A DNA stretch of 64,000 nucleotides from Trichormus sp. ATA11-4-KO1 (GTDB lineage: Bacteria > Cyanobacteriota > Cyanobacteriia > Cyanobacteriales > Nostocaceae). Numbering within the stretch: the first letter of the stretch is position 1; each line of letters opens with the position of its first letter. The stretch covers positions 68,802-132,801 of the forward strand of contig JAHHIM010000011.1 of NCBI GenBank assembly GCA_019358915.1, given 5' to 3'. A model generated the notes under the pieces. That model made no database searches, was not told the DNA's origin, and worked only from the letters and a program-made list of their open reading frames with translations. Below, piece by piece: positions 29,617 through 39,703 of this stretch. Made by a program: the position numbers and the translations under genes.

Positions 29617-30999
29617 ATGTTAGAAGGTTCAATATTACAACAGCTGGAAACAGCCCACCGCCATAGCACTAGACCGATACGATTCGGGGTGTACTACAAA
29701 AATACCCTAGTTTCTCTGTGCCATGCTCTAGAAGACCATATCTTAACCGAAGATAGTACACCTTTAGTAATCACAGCCTTCCAACAAGGTAAATGGTATC
29801 TGCAAGAGGCAGAACGATACGCAGATATCGCTAAGTGTAGCCGCGAAATCGTTATCATGGCAGCAGAGGATACAGGCTTTGCTGAACATCCCACCAGCCA
29901 ACTACCCAATGTAGACTTAGTAGCATTAGATTCAGCTGACCCCGTGGCGCAGGAGTGGCACTTGATTATCCTGTCGCCAGAATACACAGCAATGGTATTA
30001 TGTCAAGAGTTATCAGAGGCTGATTACGGTGCAGGCGGAGTACCCGATTCAGACTTAGAGCGCAAATTCTATGGCTTGTGGACATTTGAGCCAGAATTAG
30101 TGCAAGAAACAGCAGAATTAGCGATCGCCCACATTCAACAATACAACCCGGAACTAGCAAAAAAACTCACTACCCATCAAGACACAATACAGTCTAGTCT
30201 TGGCGCACCAAAACATTTAAATGCAGTTGTCTCCCGCGTAGTAGATTACCTCCAGACTGGGCAGGAGCATTTATCTATCCCCACAGCACTACGCCAACAA
30301 GCCCTAGATCGCAACTTGGTTTCTAACGAAATCCAGGCATTTTTGCGAATGGCGCAGCTAATGGATATGGCGGATGTCAATAACCCAATGGCGGCGGCGG
30401 AAGTAGTAGCACTTTCCGAGGCTATGGGACAGTTGTTAGAACTACCCGCATGGCAGATTAAGAGATTACGACTAGCAGGTTTATTGCATCGTATAGATCC
30501 ACTCCAAAAAGCAGAAAGTGTCTTGACTCCTGGGACATCCATCCGTTACCAAGAACCAGCCCCCAGTTGCCCTTTAACTTGTCCCCTAGTACCTGGGGCA
30601 CAAGTATTACGAACCATGCCTCGACTGCGGGCAGTTGCCCAAATTATTACCCATCAAACCGAGTGGTGGAATGGTACAGGAGAACCAGCAAGTTTAGTGG
30701 GAGATGAAATTCCCCTAGAATCGAGAATCGTGGCTTTAGTCGCAGACTTTCAGTGGCGAGTTAATCACCTAAAATCATCCCAGAAAACTCGCCAAGAAAT
30801 ATTTGCTCAAGCTTTAGATGAATGCAGACAGCAACAATCAACCCGCTTTGACCCTAAACTTGTAGATGCTCTAGCTTTATTAGTTATGGGTTTACAGCAG
30901 GGACTAGACTTACCTCTGATGTCACCCAAAGTCAGCACTGGTATGTGGTTACTTGATTCCCGATGGGATAGTAACCAGACTAGTACAGCTAACGCGTAG
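29617..30999 (+). CDS. DICT sensory domain plus degenerate HD-GYP domain protein
   Basis: N-terminal YYKNTLVSLCHALED/AFQ/EWHL (DICT); LAGLLHRID, HQTEWWNGTGEP, GDEIPLESRI, RFDPKLV (HD-GYP-like). Confidence 0.82.
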   Translation: MLEGSILQQLETAHRHSTRPIRFGVYYKNTLVSLCHALEDHILTEDSTPLVITAFQQGKWYLQEAERYADIAKCSREIVIMAAEDTGFAEHPTSQLPNVDLVALDSADPVAQEWHLIILSPEYTAMVLCQELSEADYGAGGVPDSDLERKFYGLWTFEPELVQETAELAIAHIQQYNPELAKKLTTHQDTIQSSLGAPKHLNAVVSRVVDYLQTGQEHLSIPTALRQQALDRNLVSNEIQAFLRMAQLMDMADVNNPMAAAEVVALSEAMGQLLELPAWQIKRLRLAGLLHRIDPLQKAESVLTPGTSIRYQEPAPSCPLTCPLVPGAQVLRTMPRLRAVAQIITHQTEWWNGTGEPASLVGDEIPLESRIVALVADFQWRVNHLKSSQKTRQEIFAQALDECRQQQSTRFDPKLVDALALLVMGLQQGLDLPLMSPKVSTGMWLLDSRWDSNQTSTANA

Positions 31000-31038
31000 C
31001 CTGCCGAAGGCACTATTACAAATTACAAATGATCTCAA

Positions 31039-31674
31039 ATGAATATTGAAGCTATTAAATCAGGAAAACTCAAACAACTGCCAGGGGCAAATTTAGAAGA
31101 TGAGGAATTTTCTCAGCTTGATTTAAACCGCATCAATCTTGCAGGTGCTACCCTTGTTGGCACCAATTTCATCGGTTCCAAACTAGAAGGAGGGCATTTC
31201 GAGGGAGCAAATTTCATGGGGGCTAACCTCCAAGAAACTGACTTGCGGGCAAACCTCATGGGCGCAAACTTAATGCAAGCAGACTTAACAGGTGCTGACT
31301 TGCGGGGTAGTAATTTGCGTGGTGCTAACTTAATGGGAGCCAGACTCAGCAATGTATCTTTGGCTGGTGCTTTCTTGAGTGGTGCCAATTTGATGAACGT
31401 CAACTTACAAGATGTTGACTTGCGCGGTGCTGATTTGCGTGGTGCCAACCTCACAGGAGCAAATCTTAAAGGTGCTGATTTGAGTCTTGCTGATTTGCAA
31501 GGAACTTTATTAAGTGAAGCTAATTTAGAAGAAGCTGACTTACGCGGGGCAAATCTAGCAGGAGCGAACTTGACAGGAGCTAATTTACTCTGTGCAGAGT
31601 TAGAAGGAACAAATTTGCGCGGTGTGAATTTAGATAAGGCGTGTTTGGTGGGTACAGTGGTTGAAACAGTTTAG
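31039..31674 (+). CDS. Pentapeptide repeat protein
   Basis: Continuous A(N/D)Lxx repeats. Confidence 0.95.
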   Translation: MNIEAIKSGKLKQLPGANLEDEEFSQLDLNRINLAGATLVGTNFIGSKLEGGHFEGANFMGANLQETDLRANLMGANLMQADLTGADLRGSNLRGANLMGARLSNVSLAGAFLSGANLMNVNLQDVDLRGADLRGANLTGANLKGADLSLADLQGTLLSEANLEEADLRGANLAGANLTGANLLCAELEGTNLRGVNLDKACLVGTVVETV

Positions 31675-31791
31675 TTATTATGAATTATTGGTGTGTTTTA
31701 GAACACGGTTATTGATGATAAATAATCTACAACTTAAGGTAGGAATTTTAGCAGTAGACTTTATAGAAGAAAACAATATTGAGTCATTAAC

Positions 31792-32007
31792 ATGACAACC
31801 AAACAAGCCATTTTGGAAGCGATTGAACAACTGCCAGAAAAGCACCTTGTAGACGTGTTGCATTATATTCAACACCTTGCACGTATTGAGAAATCACCAG
31901 CTACCAAACAACCCACTTCCAGTAGTGACCCCCTGGAAAACTTCATCGGTGCGGTATCTCACGGCTCCTTGGCTGCCAACTTAGACGACGAAATCTATGG
32001 TGACTAA
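31792..32007 (+). CDS. Putative VapB-like antitoxin (DUF2281-like)
   Basis: KQAILEAIEQLPEKHLVDVLHYIQHL; acidic tail DDEIYG; overlaps the PIN gene. Confidence 0.7.
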   Translation: MTTKQAILEAIEQLPEKHLVDVLHYIQHLARIEKSPATKQPTSSSDPLENFIGAVSHGSLAANLDDEIYGD

Positions 32008-32425
32008 GCTTTTTGTTGATAATTGGGGTTGGCTCACGCTCCATGACAATAGTGAACGCTATCACCAAGAAGCCACAAAAGCTTACCAAGATGCCATTGC
32101 TCAAAATGGACAAATTTATACAACTGACTACGTTCTTGACGAAACATTCACTTTCTTTTTTAGACGACTTCCTGCACCTCACGCCGAGCAATCCATGAAA
32201 ATGCTGCTGTCAGCCTTTTCGGACGATAACTTTTATTTAATCCGCATTACTGAAGAACGCTTTGCCCAAACTCAAGTAATTCGTTCTAAATTTCTCGACA
32301 AGCCTCTCATTTCTTTTACTGATTTGACCTCAATGGTCGTTATGCAAGAGTGTGGCATTACAACAATCCTCACTGAAGATGCTCACTTTACTCATATAGG
32401 CATGGGCTTTGAGCTAGTTCCCTAA
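31997..32425 (+). CDS. vapC: PIN-domain (VapC-like) toxin
   Basis: LFVD, TTDYVLDE, SFTDLTS, TEDAHF acidic residues of the PIN active site. Confidence 0.88.
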   Translation: MVTKLFVDNWGWLTLHDNSERYHQEATKAYQDAIAQNGQIYTTDYVLDETFTFFFRRLPAPHAEQSMKMLLSAFSDDNFYLIRITEERFAQTQVIRSKFLDKPLISFTDLTSMVVMQECGITTILTEDAHFTHIGMGFELVP

Positions 32426-32456
32426 TTGCAATTCCAAGTTCCCAGCCAGATTGAAG

Positions 32457-33311
32457 TTATTCTGTAGTATTAGTTCTTGTTCGCCCCCGCATCCATAAAG
32501 CCAATACACTCATCAACAACACCCCCATCACTCCTTGCAGGGGATTATTATTCACACCAGTTACCCAATCAGGAACTTGACCAGAGTATTTCACTAATTC
32601 CCCAACATTAATAATGTAGTAGCCCCATACTAAACCACCATGCAGACCAATTGGTAAACCTAAGCGTCCCCTGCGCCAACGCTTTCCCCATACCTGCGTT
32701 AACCCCAGCAGTACTAAAGCTGGAAATTGTGGCAGTGTGTGAATAATTGCCTCCAATGGTTTAATAAAATGCAATGCAGCAAACGCAGTTGCATCTGTCC
32801 ACAGTGCCACACCCGGACTGTAATCTCGTTGTAACTCATCTAGTAGCCAGCCTCGGAATAACAACTCCTCAGCAAATCCAATACCTAAGCCAACAAGTAA
32901 ACCCTCTAAAATTACTTTCAGCAAAAAAACTTGCGGTTGTTGCCACACTAGCCAACCCAAAACACCTTGTAATCCAAAAAGTATCAGAGTATTAATTATG
33001 CCCATAGCCAAGCCACGGAGTAAATCCACACCATTTTGGCGCGTGAATTCTAAGCCATAATGCCGCAGAATTTGTGGCTGCTGGTAAATATATTTACCCC
33101 ATAGTCTCAGAAGAAAAATAAACACTCCATATAGCAACACCATTGTCAATATACTTTCTAAGTTTGAATCATGCACTGATAAGTATATTGGTGCAGCTAA
33201 TGGCAACCATAGCAATAATAAAGTCAAAATAAAACAACCCAGCCTGATAGGGGCAGGGCATTCAGCTAAACGGACAAGGTTTTTTTTCATACCCAGTAAG
33301 TCACCAATCAC
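32457..33311 (-). CDS. CPBP (Abi/CAAX) intramembrane glutamic protease
   Basis: EELLFRG, FAALH, IGLHG; start may be 33290. Confidence 0.88.
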   Translation of the reverse strand: MIGDLLGMKKNLVRLAECPAPIRLGCFILTLLLLWLPLAAPIYLSVHDSNLESILTMVLLYGVFIFLLRLWGKYIYQQPQILRHYGLEFTRQNGVDLLRGLAMGIINTLILFGLQGVLGWLVWQQPQVFLLKVILEGLLVGLGIGFAEELLFRGWLLDELQRDYSPGVALWTDATAFAALHFIKPLEAIIHTLPQFPALVLLGLTQVWGKRWRRGRLGLPIGLHGGLVWGYYIINVGELVKYSGQVPDWVTGVNNNPLQGVMGVLLMSVLALWMRGRTRTNTTE

Positions 33312-33362
33312 CAGCCAACACTCTAAATTTTGACTAAATAACCAATGACCAATAACTAATGA

Positions 33363-33644
33363 CTATTCATCAGGTTCAATGGTGCTGCTCAAACCATGAC
33401 TTTTCAATGTTTCACAATAGAACTCGGCATGTTCCTGAGCGCAAGTAATGACCAAAGCTAACCCATTAGTATGGGCTTCCATCATAATGCTCACAGCTTG
33501 GGGCTGAGTCAGGCTCGGTACTGTGGTTAACAGTGACTGTACCACATGCTCCATAGAGTTGTAGTCGTCGTTATGGAGCAAAACGCGATACCGAGGCGCG
33601 AGCTTGCGGGATGTGGAACGCTTCTCAATGGTTTCGACTGACAC
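33363..33644 (-). CDS. clpS: Clp protease adaptor
   Basis: YRVLLHNDDYNSMEHVV, IMMEAHTNG. Confidence 0.95.
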   Translation of the reverse strand: MSVETIEKRSTSRKLAPRYRVLLHNDDYNSMEHVVQSLLTTVPSLTQPQAVSIMMEAHTNGLALVITCAQEHAEFYCETLKSHGLSSTIEPDE

Positions 33645-33929
33645 GGCTCTTTGCTCTTGATTCGATGATTTACTACAACAGAATATCTGTCTAGTGTTTG
33701 CTTAACAGTTATTTGCCTATTTTATAGCATTTCATCCAAACTTGATGTTAGGAAATGCTTGGCTGCTATGTTGAGTTGGGCAGTATTACAGCAGCGATTT
33801 TGAGGTGATGGATCAAATCCTCATCGGCGTGGAAATACTTACCTAACTTTAAACTACATTCTCTCAAGGATAACGCGTTCTCGCTTTTAAAATAAAGAAA
33901 GCTGCAAAAAAATCCTTGCTTGCCACGTC

Positions 33930-34298
33930 ATGATGAACATGAGCCTAGATTTTCAACAAGGACAAATTGTGTCTTTAGAGCATGGCGACAGAAATCTTTA
34001 TGCGGAAGTGATTCAAGTTGTAGTTTCCCGCCAGTTGTGCTGGGTACGTCCCTTGTTGCTGGTACACTTCAACCAAGAACCACCATTTGTTACTGACCTG
34101 CGAGATGTCTCTGACTTGCTTTGGCCAGTTAACTTATTTCGACCAGCTTTGGATACAGAAGTAATTACCCTGTTAAGCCAGATTTTGGTAAAAGAACCAA
34201 AATCTGAACCTGACTTAGCCACCAAGCAGCACTTTAATCAGTTTATTCACCAAGTTTGGCAAGCGTATCAAGGGGGAGTGGGGACTAAAACAAATTAA
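33930..34298 (+). CDS. Conserved cyanobacterial hypothetical protein
   Basis: LYAEVIQVV..RQLCWVRPL, DLLWP, FRPALDTEV. Confidence 0.65.
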   Translation: MMNMSLDFQQGQIVSLEHGDRNLYAEVIQVVVSRQLCWVRPLLLVHFNQEPPFVTDLRDVSDLLWPVNLFRPALDTEVITLLSQILVKEPKSEPDLATKQHFNQFIHQVWQAYQGGVGTKTN

Positions 34299-34332
34299 CA
34301 AGTCTCTAGCTTCTAGCCTCCCCATTCCCAAA

Positions 34333-35505
34333 TTAAGCATAGCGAATGCCAGCATCTTTCATGCGTTTAATAGCTTCATGCATCCGTTCATCGGGAATGG
34401 TTAAGGCAATCCGAAAAAAGCCTTCTCCCGCAGCACCATAACCATTGCCTGGAGGGACGATTATGCCACATTTGTCAAGTAACAGGGACACAAATTCAGT
34501 TGAAGAATATCTTGGAGGTACAGGTACCCAGATGTAAAGAGTAGCTTGAGGTGGCTCAATCGGCCAGCCCAAAGATTGCAATCCTTGAACAATGATGTCC
34601 CGACGATTTTGGTAAACAGACATCACAGTTTGCAGTTCGGCATCACTAGTAGAATAAGCTGCGATCGCAGCCTTTTGAATGGCCTGAAATACCCCAGAAT
34701 CAACGTTCGTTTTTACCTGTCTTAAGCCTTGAATCCCAATAGCATTACCAACTACAAAACCAATCCGCCAGCCTGTCATATTATATGACTTAGACAAACT
34801 GTGAAACTCAATGGCTACGTCTTTAGCTCCTGGAACTTGCAATACACTCGGCGGTTTGTAGCCATCGTATGCCATTTCTGAGTAGGCATGGTCATGACAC
34901 AGCAAAATATTGTACTGCTTACAGAAATCTACCAATTCTGCAAAAAACTCCAGGGTTGCCAACGCCCCAGTGGGATTATTAGGATAGTTAATCCACAATA
35001 ATTTTGTCTTACGGGCAACTACTTCAGGAATCGCACTCAAATCAGGTAAAAATTTGTTTTCTGCCTTCAAAGGCATAGTAAAAGGTTCACCACCAGCGAA
35101 AATTGTAGAAGTCCGATACACGGGATAACCAGGATCTGGTATGAGCGTGTAATCTCCCGCCTCCACGAAAGCTAAAAAGGTGTTGTGTATTGCTTCTTTA
35201 GAACCAATTGAAGAGATAACTTCTGTATTAGGGTTCAATTGTGTCACCCCAAACCGACGTTCCATCCACTTAGTTACTGCTTCCCGAAATTCTTGCGTAC
35301 CCTGATAGGGTGGGTAGTTATGAGTAGAAGCGTCATCAATCGCCTCATGCATTACTTGAAGAATGTGAGCAGGAGTCGGTTTATCTGGATCGCCCAGTGC
35401 CAAATTAATGATATCAACTCCCTGAGCAACAAGTTCTTCTCGTTTACGGTTAATTTCCGCAAATAGATAGGGAGGAATTTTTTCTAAGCGTTTAGCGAGC
35501 TGCAT
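34333..35505 (-). CDS. dapL: LL-diaminopimelate aminotransferase-type PLP enzyme
   Basis: IPPYLFAEI, PDPGYPVY, NYPNNPTG, SLSKSYNMTGWRIG. Confidence 0.8.
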   Translation of the reverse strand: MQLAKRLEKIPPYLFAEINRKREELVAQGVDIINLALGDPDKPTPAHILQVMHEAIDDASTHNYPPYQGTQEFREAVTKWMERRFGVTQLNPNTEVISSIGSKEAIHNTFLAFVEAGDYTLIPDPGYPVYRTSTIFAGGEPFTMPLKAENKFLPDLSAIPEVVARKTKLLWINYPNNPTGALATLEFFAELVDFCKQYNILLCHDHAYSEMAYDGYKPPSVLQVPGAKDVAIEFHSLSKSYNMTGWRIGFVVGNAIGIQGLRQVKTNVDSGVFQAIQKAAIAAYSTSDAELQTVMSVYQNRRDIIVQGLQSLGWPIEPPQATLYIWVPVPPRYSSTEFVSLLLDKCGIIVPPGNGYGAAGEGFFRIALTIPDERMHEAIKRMKDAGIRYA

Positions 35506-35716
35506 GGCGATTTACTACTAATGCAAATGTGAATGCTCATTAGCACAGTTTACGCCACACCAGGGGAATAAATAGTAAATATTACAGAAAAATACCAGCA
35601 ATCTGACTGTGCCTACCATCAACACTGCTGTTAGTATATTTTCAAGCTTAATTTTTCTACATTATTGGCAAAATTTGCTTGGTATAACTAAAAAGTAACA
35701 ATACCAAAAAGCAGGA

Positions 35717-35917
35717 TTAATATCCCCAACTAGGTACTAACTTAACTCTACCAGCATCCATTTCAGCCATTAATAACTCCAGTGCTTCATAATCAACGTC
35801 AGAAATGTGACCCATTTGAGTCAGTTCCGAATTAATTTCATTTTCTATTTCGGGAGTTAATTTTTTAATATCAAGAGCTTTTTCTACCAATTGACGAATA
35901 ACGTACTTAGTTCTCAT
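35717..35917 (-). CDS. Small helical hypothetical protein (66 aa)
   Basis: IRQLVEKAL...LTPEIENEI...DYEALELLM. Confidence 0.65.
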   Translation of the reverse strand: MRTKYVIRQLVEKALDIKKLTPEIENEINSELTQMGHISDVDYEALELLMAEMDAGRVKLVPSWGY

Positions 35918-35997
35918 AAGTAATAAACCAATTGTATGTGATACTAATTATCTAAGATAGACTTAAGTATAAAGCGTGATCTAAATGCACATATTCA

Positions 35998-36013
35998 TGT
36001 GATTTATATCACA
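35998..36013. promoter_or_regulatory. Perfect CRP-type operator
   Basis: TGTGA-tttata-TCACA between the divergent 66-aa gene and the STAS gene. Confidence 0.7.
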
Positions 36014-36387
36014 AAATTGTTGGATAGATAATTTGTCATTAACCCTGGTATATGCCGCTAGTCAGAATAAAAATGAAGGCGCGGAATCTATAGCTGAGAC
36101 TTGGCTAAATTAGCTTCAGTTATCAACCAAGTAAGCTGTTTCAGCAAAGTTACGGATGATATTTCTGCTCTTTGGCTGTCTATGTTGATTGTTTTTGAAC
36201 CGGGCTGAAAAAAAAGTATATATGAATACATTTTACCCTGTATTTATGACAATCTTTAAACAGACCCACTAAAGTAATAAAGATTCCGCAAAGAGGTCTC
36301 AGACATGTGGGCGATGTGAGAAAAAACAGATTATGTTCAAAATAAATCTGGGCTTTACGGTTCAATAATTCTCATTAGGATCTCAAG

Positions 36388-36717
36388 ATGCAAGCAGTAC
36401 TGAAGTGTCCGAAAATTGCAGTTATTCGTCCTCAGGGCTGTCTTAATGCTGCCAACAGCCCAGAGTGGGAACGAAACATGACAACAGCGTTGGGACAAAA
36501 TGACATCTCGATCTTGTTGGTGAATTTAGCAGATGTGGAATCATTAGACAACTCCGGCTTAATGGTATTGGTGTCTGCGCTGAAGCTAGCTCAGAGTTTA
36601 GGAAAAAGTTTCCGGATTTGCTCTGTTTCCCCCTCAATCAGGATGATCTTGGAACTGACTCAACTAGATGCAGTTTTTGAAATATTTGCAGACGACTGTG
36701 AGTTAGCAGTGGCATAA
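36388..36717 (+). CDS. STAS domain anti-sigma factor antagonist
   Basis: PQGCLNA, NLADVESLDNSGL, ILELTQLD. Confidence 0.88.
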   Translation: MQAVLKCPKIAVIRPQGCLNAANSPEWERNMTTALGQNDISILLVNLADVESLDNSGLMVLVSALKLAQSLGKSFRICSVSPSIRMILELTQLDAVFEIFADDCELAVA

Positions 36718-37078
36718 CTTGTTGCAGAATATGGCTATGCTCAGATATTTAAGTAGTCCTGCAAAATAAATTACTTGGTTGAGAGAGTAAACAGGGAACT
36801 GTCTGGGAATACAGCGATTTCAGTCGTGTTGAACAATGGCTAAATATTTATGCATAGTTACTTATCTATTTAATTTGCAGACTTGAATAGCCAAAAGACC
36901 AGCCAAAACTGAGGCTGAGTGGATTGTTAATTGTTTAACACGTGGTATGGCGTAACAGTAAAAAAGTAAATTTGTGTAAAAGAGTTGGCAGTTGCAACGA
37001 TAAAACTCTGTTGAAAAACCTAATCAATGCTAAGTTGGAGATGATTAGCTGTAATTAAGGTAGCTAGAAGATAGCATA

Positions 37079-39703
37079 GTGGCTGTTGCAGTTGAAAAAT
37101 TAATCACATCGGATATTTTAAAGCCGGCACGTTACTTGGGTAACGAGCGGTTAGCGGTACATAAACCTTGGGATACGGCAACGATACGCTGGGCATTAAC
37201 CTACCCAGAAGTGTATGAAGTCGGATCATCCAATTTAGGGCATATTATTCTCTATAACATCTTGAATGCCCAGCCCCGTCAATTATGCGATCGCTCTTAC
37301 CTCCCAGGTGCCGACCTGGCGGCTAAACTACGAGCAACGAATACACCCTTGTTTGCCGTAGAATCAAAGCGATCGCTCAAAGAATTCGACATTTTGGGTT
37401 TTAGTCTTAGTTACGAACTAGGGGCAACTAATATCCTCGAAATGTTGGATTTGGCAGAAATTCCTCTGACATGGCAAGCAAGAGCACAAGGGAATTATCC
37501 GTTAATTTTTGCAGGGGGACAGACAGCAACATCAAATCCTGAGCCATATGCTGACTTCTTCGACTTTTTCGCCCTCGGAGATGGAGAAGAACTACTGCCA
37601 GAAATTGGTTTGGTATTGGCAGAAGGTAAACGAACAAATTTGATTAGGGAACATCTGCTGTTAGACTTGGCACAAATACCAGGCGTATATGTTCCTCAGT
37701 TTTACGACATGGCCCAGGATGGCTCCGTTCATCCTCATCACCCAGATGTCCCAAAACGAATTCTGCGACGAGTTGCTACCCCCATACCAGCTTATTCGAT
37801 TGGGCTAGTTCCTTACGTGGAAACCGTGCATGACCGCTTGACACTAGAAATTCGGCGCGGCTGTACTCGTGGTTGTCGTTTTTGTCAACCAGGAATGCTC
37901 ACCCGTCCGGCAAGGGATGTAGAACCAGAAAAAGTAGTCGCAGCCATTGAACAAGGAATGCGGGCGACTGGTTACAATGAATTTTCCCTGTTATCCCTGA
38001 GTTGTTCTGATTATTTGTCCCTACCAGCAGTGGGGATGGAAATCAAAAATCGGTTAAAAAATGAAAATATTTCCCTGACTCTTCCTAGTCAACGGGTAGA
38101 TAGATTTGATGAGAACATTGCCAATATCCTGGGCGGGATGCGGCAAGGTGGACTGACCTTTGCCCCAGAAGCCGGCACCCAAAGAATGCGGGACATTGTG
38201 AATAAAGGTTTAACCAATGAAGAACTACTGCGAGGTGTAAAAACAGCCTGGGAAAAAGGCTGGGACAAAATCAAACTGTATTTCATGATTGGCCTACCTG
38301 GTGAAACGGATGCCGATGTTGTGGGGATTGCAGAAACAGTGAGTTGGCTACAGCGAGAATGTCGAGCTAGAGGCAGAAAACCTCTGAACTTTAACTTGAC
38401 AATTTCTAACTTTACACCTAAGCCCCATACACCTTTTCAGTGGCACTCAGTTTCCACTGCTGAGTTCCAACGTAAACAGCGCCTGTTACGGCAAGAATTC
38501 CGCCGCATCAGGGGAGTCAAGGTAAATTTTACCGATGTTCGTATTTCGGCAATGGAAGACTTTGTGGGCAGAGGCGATCGCCATCTGGGCAAAGTAGTAC
38601 ATCGAGCCTGGGAATTAGGTGCTGGCATGGATTCCTGGTATGAGAATTTAGACCAAGCTTTTGCTGCTTGGGGTCAGGCGATCGCCGAAGCTGGTTTAGA
38701 TTGGAAATACCGCCAAGTAGAAAATGGCGAATGGAATGTTATGGAGATGGAAAGATGGGGAAATGAAGAAGTAGTAGCATCTTCTTCACCCTACTCCCCA
38801 CTCAGCACTCCCTTACCTTGGGACCACATTGATACAGGAATTGCCAAAAAATGGCTCAAGGAAGATTTACAACACGCCCTAGAAGCGGCAACAGTACCAG
38901 ATTGTTCTTTTGAAGGTTGTTCTCATTGTGGTGTCTGTGGCACCGACTTCGGGCACAATATCGTGATTGAACCGCCTGCTGTGCCAGAATTTGCTGGCGA
39001 TTTTATTCCCAACACAACCAAGACACAACGGCTGCGTGTCTGGTTTGGCAAACAAGGTAATATGGCTTTAGTCAGCCACCTGGATTTGTTGCGGCTATTT
39101 GACCGAGTTGTGCGGCGAGCAGGGTTACCAATTGCTTTTACTGGTGGATTTCATCCCACTCCACGGATTGCTGTGGCCAGCGCTTTAGCTTTAGGAGCCA
39201 CCAGCAGTGGAGAGATTGTGGATTTTGAGTTAACCCAGCCAGTAGAAGTTGATACTTTCCGGCAACAACTGGTTAACGAACTACCCACAGACATACCCAT
39301 ATATAAGGTGATGCAAATAGATTTAAAAGCTAAAGCAGCTAACCAAGTTATGGAAGCGGCAGAGTATTTAATTACCGTGGCAACACTCAGGGAGGTAACA
39401 CCTGCACAATGGCAAAATTGGATTGATACAATCAAAGCCCAAGAAGAGCTTTTGTGGGAGAAAACAACCAAGTCAGGCAAGAGCCAATTAGTAAATCTGC
39501 GCTCGCTTTTGTGGGAACTAGAATTAATAGAAACTACAACCAGCACAGCAGAGTCTACAATTGTGCTGCGTTATCTAGGTAGCTGTCGCCATGATGGTTT
39601 GCTATTGCGTCCCGAACAAATTCTGTCTATGCTAGAGATAGTCGCAGGCGGAGAATTTCAACTCCTGCACATCCACCGCAATCAGCTAGTTTTAGGGGTA
39701 TAA
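37079..39703 (+). CDS. TIGR03960-type radical SAM protein fused to a DUF2344 (TIGR03936) domain
   Basis: KPARYLGNE, YPEVYEVG, CTRGCRFC, CSFEGCSHCGVC, SHLDLLR...FTGGFHPTP. Confidence 0.88.
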   Translation: MAVAVEKLITSDILKPARYLGNERLAVHKPWDTATIRWALTYPEVYEVGSSNLGHIILYNILNAQPRQLCDRSYLPGADLAAKLRATNTPLFAVESKRSLKEFDILGFSLSYELGATNILEMLDLAEIPLTWQARAQGNYPLIFAGGQTATSNPEPYADFFDFFALGDGEELLPEIGLVLAEGKRTNLIREHLLLDLAQIPGVYVPQFYDMAQDGSVHPHHPDVPKRILRRVATPIPAYSIGLVPYVETVHDRLTLEIRRGCTRGCRFCQPGMLTRPARDVEPEKVVAAIEQGMRATGYNEFSLLSLSCSDYLSLPAVGMEIKNRLKNENISLTLPSQRVDRFDENIANILGGMRQGGLTFAPEAGTQRMRDIVNKGLTNEELLRGVKTAWEKGWDKIKLYFMIGLPGETDADVVGIAETVSWLQRECRARGRKPLNFNLTISNFTPKPHTPFQWHSVSTAEFQRKQRLLRQEFRRIRGVKVNFTDVRISAMEDFVGRGDRHLGKVVHRAWELGAGMDSWYENLDQAFAAWGQAIAEAGLDWKYRQVENGEWNVMEMERWGNEEVVASSSPYSPLSTPLPWDHIDTGIAKKWLKEDLQHALEAATVPDCSFEGCSHCGVCGTDFGHNIVIEPPAVPEFAGDFIPNTTKTQRLRVWFGKQGNMALVSHLDLLRLFDRVVRRAGLPIAFTGGFHPTPRIAVASALALGATSSGEIVDFELTQPVEVDTFRQQLVNELPTDIPIYKVMQIDLKAKAANQVMEAAEYLITVATLREVTPAQWQNWIDTIKAQEELLWEKTTKSGKSQLVNLRSLLWELELIETTTSTAESTIVLRYLGSCRHDGLLLRPEQILSMLEIVAGGEFQLLHIHRNQLVLGV

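Noticed and set aside
31039..31674. 15-bp periodicity in the DNA
   Set aside because: Explained by the pentapeptide repeat protein
36952..36980. HLR1/RpaB-like TTTAC direct repeats upstream of the radical SAM gene
   Set aside because: Several mismatches in AT-rich DNA; not distinguishable from chance
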